From positions 14,243 to 78,242 of the forward strand of contig JAMCUS010000032.1 in assembly GCA_023379385.1 (NCBI GenBank): 64,000 nucleotides of DNA, written 5' to 3'. A program made the position numbers and the translations under genes. The stretch's first letter is position 1. Each line of letters starts with the position of its first letter. Below the pieces are notes generated by a model. It saw only the letters and a list, made by a program, of their open reading frames with translations. It was not told the DNA's origin and searched no databases. This document shows positions 59,541 to 64,000 of the stretch, piece after piece. Source of the DNA: Thermoplasmatota archaeon (GTDB lineage Archaea > Thermoplasmatota > Thermoplasmata > Lutacidiplasmatales > JAMCUS01).

Positions 59541-60797
59541 GTGATTCATATGAAGGTGGATGTTAATAATGTAAATGAATGCAGTAATTCAAATTTATCC
59601 ATTACAGATCTAACTGTTTATTTAAATAAAAAAAAGATTTTAAACAACATATCCTTCACACTGAAACAGGGAACAATTCTGGGTATAATGGGTCCAAATG
59701 GTTCCGGTAAGACAACCCTTCTTAAAGCAATTGTAAATCTAGTAAAATCAGACGGAGATATAATCCTGAATGGAAAAATAATTAAAAAACTTTCTAAGCT
59801 TGAGATAGCAAAAAACATCTCATTTCTACCGCAGGTTACAGAGCTGTTCAGAGGATTCAAAAGTTTTGAGGTGGTACTGGTGGCGAGGTATCCACATAAC
59901 AGTGATTATATATTTGACAGAAAGGAAGACATAGAAAAGACGGAAAGAATTCTTGAGATTACGGGAACCATGAAGTATCGTGATAAATATCTTTCCGAAC
60001 TTTCCAGTGGTGAACGTGGAATGGTACTTATAGCGAGAGCACTGGCACAGGAAGGAAAGCTACTTCTCCTGGACGAACCTACAGCACATTTAGATGTAAA
60101 AAATCAGCTGGAGATTATGGATAAACTGAGGAATATTGTTAAAACGGATAACAGTATGGCTATAGTAACTTTTCACGATATTACCATGTGTAAAAAATTT
60201 TCAGATATGGTTATTATGCTGAGAGATGGATCTATAATAACATATGGTAAAACAGATGAGGTAGTTACTGAAGAAAACATAAAAAGATGTTTTGATGTGG
60301 ACCTTGATTTTAATATAGCAGCACCACCAAAAAAAATATTGAATATAAAACATGCACATATAATATGTGGTGCAGGCAGTGGAAAAGAGATAGCCAAATG
60401 GTTTAAAGGAAGAGGTGTAACAGTGACCATGGGTATATTAAGCCCAATGGATTCAGATTACATTGTTGCAAAATCACTTTCTATAAATGCCATTGTAGAA
60501 GAACCATTCAGATCAATATCGCCGGAGATGGTAGAAAAGCATAAAAAAGTTATTGAGAAGAGTTCAATCGTGATCATAACAGATTTTCCTGTGGGAAATG
60601 GTAACATAGATAACATAGATATTTTATTGCATTGTAATAAACAGATATTCATTATAGAAAAAAGCCAACCAGAAAGCAGGGATTATACTGCAGACAGGCG
60701 GTTTACTGTTATATGGAATGAAATCAAAAAAAAAGCAAAGGTTTTTAATAACGAAAACGATTTTTATAACTTTATTGAGGCCAATAGGTTTGAGTGA
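59541..60797 (+). CDS. BtuD/FepC-like ABC ATPase with C-terminal extension
   Basis: GPNGSGKTT, LSSGE, LLLDEPTAHLD; extra domain HIICGAGSG...D. Confidence 0.9.
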   Translation: MIHMKVDVNNVNECSNSNLSITDLTVYLNKKKILNNISFTLKQGTILGIMGPNGSGKTTLLKAIVNLVKSDGDIILNGKIIKKLSKLEIAKNISFLPQVTELFRGFKSFEVVLVARYPHNSDYIFDRKEDIEKTERILEITGTMKYRDKYLSELSSGERGMVLIARALAQEGKLLLLDEPTAHLDVKNQLEIMDKLRNIVKTDNSMAIVTFHDITMCKKFSDMVIMLRDGSIITYGKTDEVVTEENIKRCFDVDLDFNIAAPPKKILNIKHAHIICGAGSGKEIAKWFKGRGVTVTMGILSPMDSDYIVAKSLSINAIVEEPFRSISPEMVEKHKKVIEKSSIVIITDFPVGNGNIDNIDILLHCNKQIFIIEKSQPESRDYTADRRFTVIWNEIKKKAKVFNNENDFYNFIEANRFE

Positions 60798-60804
60798 TCT
60801 ATTT

Positions 60805-62499
60805 ATGATTAATGATCTATCTTTTGTAAAAAATTTTGAATTTCCTGCAGTCTTATTCAGTGATCTGCCCATGCTGGAGAAAAACGATAGTTACTATACA
60901 TATTCTATAAGAGATAATACATCACACAAAAAAATATTCATTATAGACAACAGATACGAAATAGAGATTCCAGTACCATTTATTGATAAGGTTAGTGAAG
61001 CAGACCTGCCACATATATTCTGGAATCATTCAATTAATATGGATGATAAAGCAATAATTATTCCGTTTCTCAATATGGATGAAATATTTACCAGACCATC
61101 TGCAATGAGGGCCTCTTTTGAAAAAATATTATCTGTTAAAAAACACGAACATCAGGTCTGGGCAATGAATGTTGCTCTTCCAAACAGAGTAGCTTTGCTA
61201 ACCTATCTCAATGTTTCTATTTTTGATAGTACCCTGGTGGATAATCTGGGAAACAACGGAATATATATAGATGACTATTACTTTGGAAAGGTTCCATCCG
61301 ATCTATTATGCCGGTGCAAAAGCTGCCTTAATGGAAAGCTTGATAACATTGGCGTTATACAGCATAACAGGTATGTACTTTACAGAGAGGTTGAAAGGGT
61401 TAAACAATTTATCAAAGCAGGCCAGTTAAGAAGTTATGTAGAACAGAGAGTTGCAGAGGATCCAGCCGCCACTGCAGTGTTAAAGGAATTCAATATAAAC
61501 GGATACGCTATACTGGAAAAATATACGCCAGTTGTAGGCAAATTTTCTAATTATGTAACAGATCTATCCTTCAACAGGCCAGAAGTTGTAAGGTTCAGGA
61601 ACAGGATATCCAATATATCTATAAAACCAGATAAAAATATAGATACAGTGATACTCTTTCCCTGTTCCAAAAGAAAACCATACTCATTATCAAAAACACA
61701 CGGAATATTCTCATCCATAATTTCTGAAACAGGAATGAGAAGTAATATACATGAACTTATGATCACCTCTCCATTATCCGTTGTGCCGAGAGAATTGGAA
61801 AATTATTACCCTGCAATGAATTATGATACACCTGTTACAGGATACTGGGACGAAATAGAAAAAAAGGTGACTTCAGATGTACTGGAGAATTATTTAAAAC
61901 GCAACAAATATAAAAATGCAATAATACACCTTCATGGTGGAGAGGTGTTTGTTAAAGAGGTTGTAGAAAAATATGTTGATAATGTACACGTAAGCTCGGA
62001 TAACAATCCTTTATCAGATAATTCATTACACAACCTTAAAGAAACACTGATCGATTTAAAGAAAAATGTAAATTCAAAAATAAAAATAGATAAGAACAGG
62101 GGTTCAGTCAAATCAATGTTTACGTTCCAGTTTGGTAAGGATATAACAGATGGAGTAAATGTGATTATAAAAGGTTATTTTCCTGAATACAGAATAATTC
62201 ATAACAATAGGCAACTGGCAATGTTCAACGCAGCGGAGGGTAAATTTAGCCTGACTTTAGATGGTGCCGAACTTCTTTTAAACAACAAAATTAATGTCGT
62301 AGAGATAGAGAACCTGTCTATAAAGGGAGATATTTTTTCTCCTGCTGTTATCAGGGCTGACAGCAGTATAAGATCTGGAGACGAAGTTGTGGCAGTCTAC
62401 AATGATACCATAAAGGCCATCGGAGTTGCAAAGATGAACGGAGAAGAGATGGAGAGATCCCGCCATGGGCTTGCAATAAAGGTCAGAACGCATGTTTAA
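60805..62499 (+). CDS. arcS: Archaeosine synthase alpha subunit (ArcS/TgtA2) with PUA domain
   Basis: G.LRSYVEQR, LFPCSKRKPYS.SKTH, TSPLSVVPRELE..YPA..YD.PVTG.W, C-terminal PUA (IRSGDEV); ATG at 60805 has a GAGTGA RBS. Confidence 0.88.
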   Translation: MINDLSFVKNFEFPAVLFSDLPMLEKNDSYYTYSIRDNTSHKKIFIIDNRYEIEIPVPFIDKVSEADLPHIFWNHSINMDDKAIIIPFLNMDEIFTRPSAMRASFEKILSVKKHEHQVWAMNVALPNRVALLTYLNVSIFDSTLVDNLGNNGIYIDDYYFGKVPSDLLCRCKSCLNGKLDNIGVIQHNRYVLYREVERVKQFIKAGQLRSYVEQRVAEDPAATAVLKEFNINGYAILEKYTPVVGKFSNYVTDLSFNRPEVVRFRNRISNISIKPDKNIDTVILFPCSKRKPYSLSKTHGIFSSIISETGMRSNIHELMITSPLSVVPRELENYYPAMNYDTPVTGYWDEIEKKVTSDVLENYLKRNKYKNAIIHLHGGEVFVKEVVEKYVDNVHVSSDNNPLSDNSLHNLKETLIDLKKNVNSKIKIDKNRGSVKSMFTFQFGKDITDGVNVIIKGYFPEYRIIHNNRQLAMFNAAEGKFSLTLDGAELLLNNKINVVEIENLSIKGDIFSPAVIRADSSIRSGDEVVAVYNDTIKAIGVAKMNGEEMERSRHGLAIKVRTHV

Positions 62500-62503
62500 G
62501 GCG

Positions 62504-63619
62504 TTATTGTTTAAGCAGGTAAAGGAATCTATCCCCTATCAGTTTTACATTGGATAACTCTTTATATTCCTCTAACTTCCCTTTGTCCATGGCATCTGAT
62601 AACCCCTCTTCAATCGGTATCTTACCTAACAACGGAAGATCATATGCAACTTCATCCTTGCCCCATATCTTTATTTTTGAATTGCAGTGAGGGCAAACTA
62701 CATAGCTCATATTTTCTATGATTCCCAGCGATTTAACGTTCATAGCTTTAGCCATGTTTATAGCTTTTTTCACTATGAGAGAGGCCAAGTCCTGTGGCGT
62801 CTGTACAAACAGCATTCCATATATGGGTAACTGCTGAAAAACTGTTAATGGTATATCACTCGTTCCGGGAGGCATATCCAATAAAAGAAAATCTAGAGTA
62901 CCCCAGTCTACATCTTTATAAAACTGATTAATCATCTGGCTTACAATTGGACCTCGCCATATAACAGGTTGATCTTCCTTTTCCAGTAGCATGTTTGTAG
63001 ATATCAATTTTATTCCATATTTAGGAGTGGATGGTGGAATTATAGTATTATCCTGTACCTCCATAGGGCCTTTAACTCCAAAGATTTTGGCTATGGATGA
63101 TCCCGTAATATCTGCATCCATTATACCTACCTTGTAACCTCTTCTGCTGAGTTCTACTGCAAGAAGTGCGGTAACAGATGATTTGCCAACACCACCCTTT
63201 CCAGAACCTACCGGAATTAGATATTTTATATTATCCTTCTTAAGATCATTGAGAACCGGTGGTACAACTACCTGTGACTTTTTTTTATCATATTCATTAA
63301 CATATTTTGGTTTGCTTATTTTAAGTTTGGATATCATTGCTTCTCGTTCATTATCACTCATTGTTCTTAATTCTACATTTACATTCTTGAATAATTTTGA
63401 TTTCACAAGAGCTTCTTTAACATCATTTTGTATTGAAGTTCCTAAAGGACATGATGGTATAGTTAAAGAGATTATGACCCTAACATCATTACCATCGATT
63501 TCCACTTTGTGAACCATTCCAAGCCTAACTATGCTAACACCAATCTCAGGGTCTTTGACAGGTGTAAGTATATCTATAACATCTTTTTCACTTAAAGAGA
63601 CAGACATATTAATTACCAC
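62504..63619 (-). CDS. Mrp/NBP35 (ApbC) Fe-S carrier ATPase with N-terminal DUF59
   Basis: VKDPEIGVSIV.LG, CPLG, GSGKGGVGKS, DADITG, WRGP, DMPPGT, ENMS...CPHC. Confidence 0.94.
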   Translation of the reverse strand: MVINMSVSLSEKDVIDILTPVKDPEIGVSIVRLGMVHKVEIDGNDVRVIISLTIPSCPLGTSIQNDVKEALVKSKLFKNVNVELRTMSDNEREAMISKLKISKPKYVNEYDKKKSQVVVPPVLNDLKKDNIKYLIPVGSGKGGVGKSSVTALLAVELSRRGYKVGIMDADITGSSIAKIFGVKGPMEVQDNTIIPPSTPKYGIKLISTNMLLEKEDQPVIWRGPIVSQMINQFYKDVDWGTLDFLLLDMPPGTSDIPLTVFQQLPIYGMLFVQTPQDLASLIVKKAINMAKAMNVKSLGIIENMSYVVCPHCNSKIKIWGKDEVAYDLPLLGKIPIEEGLSDAMDKGKLEEYKELSNVKLIGDRFLYLLKQ

Positions 63620-63725
63620 GTAAGTCCGATGCTTTATGACTATATATCGTTTATAGTCAAATTTGTTGCAAATATTTTGATATATGAATATAAAATCAGA
63701 CTATTTGCATTAAATATATGCAGAA

Positions 63726-64000
63726 TTAATCATTTTTATACTTCCTTAACATTTCAGATGATACTCTTAATAGTTCAAATCCTCTTTTTATTCCTGTATT
63801 CGCATATTCAAATTTATTTTCCTCAAAATAGTTTTTTATTTCATTTTCTCTGTTTAAACCTAAAATTGGTATGATAGCCTGGAGGGTCCTCGGTGGTATT
63901 GACGACCCTTTGAACATTTGAACGAATTCAGGTATGTACAACTTCGTCCATAACCATGCCACATCCCTGTTTGAAGGATTTACTATTGAATTTGCTACTA
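63726..64000 (-). CDS. C-terminal end of a protein entering from the right edge; probably an M1 aminopeptidase (tricorn-interacting factor F2/F3-like)
   Basis: Frame open to the window edge: ...NSIVNPSNRDVAWLW...GIKRGFELLRV, resembling the helical C-terminal domain of M1 peptidases. Confidence 0.5.
   Translation of the reverse strand, partial: VANSIVNPSNRDVAWLWTKLYIPEFVQMFKGSSIPPRTLQAIIPILGLNRENEIKNYFEENKFEYANTGIKRGFELLRVSSEMLRKYKND

Overview
Low-GC archaeal chromosomal window, most consistent with an acidophilic Thermoplasmatota lineage. Markers are uS15, eL15, archaeal MAT, ArcS/QueC/QueE, HMGS-thiolase-DUF35, thermopsin-type surface repeats and tRNA-Pro(GGG). Most of it is housekeeping. 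Two accessory loci stand out. (1) 11674-16101 is a compact four-gene ubiquitin-like conjugation operon in the order Ubl-E2-JAB-E1. The Ubl (ending PEGG-I) is fused to the C-terminus of a double zinc ribbon plus DUF835 (KaiC-like) protein and may have an internal start. The E2 has a eukaryote-type HPN...C site. The Rpn11/CSN5-like JAMM protease carries a ~320-aa coiled coil. The E1 resembles Uba3/Uba2. No RING E3 is present. (2) 25681-36600 is an eight-gene minus-strand island: a GAP1-N-like protein, two paralogous TRAFAC GTPases (one degenerate), an importin-alpha-like ARM-repeat/Ig/Ser-Thr kinase, two proteins sharing an unnamed domain, a helical protein and a PP2C phosphatase. It appears truncated at its 5' end by an IS607 element. 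Also noted: a mevalonate-cluster thiolase that has lost all three catalytic motifs, several IS607/IS605/IS5 elements and remnants, a 126-bp IS903-like MITE, and two orphan IS200/IS605 right ends. All calls come from reading motifs by eye; no database searches were run.
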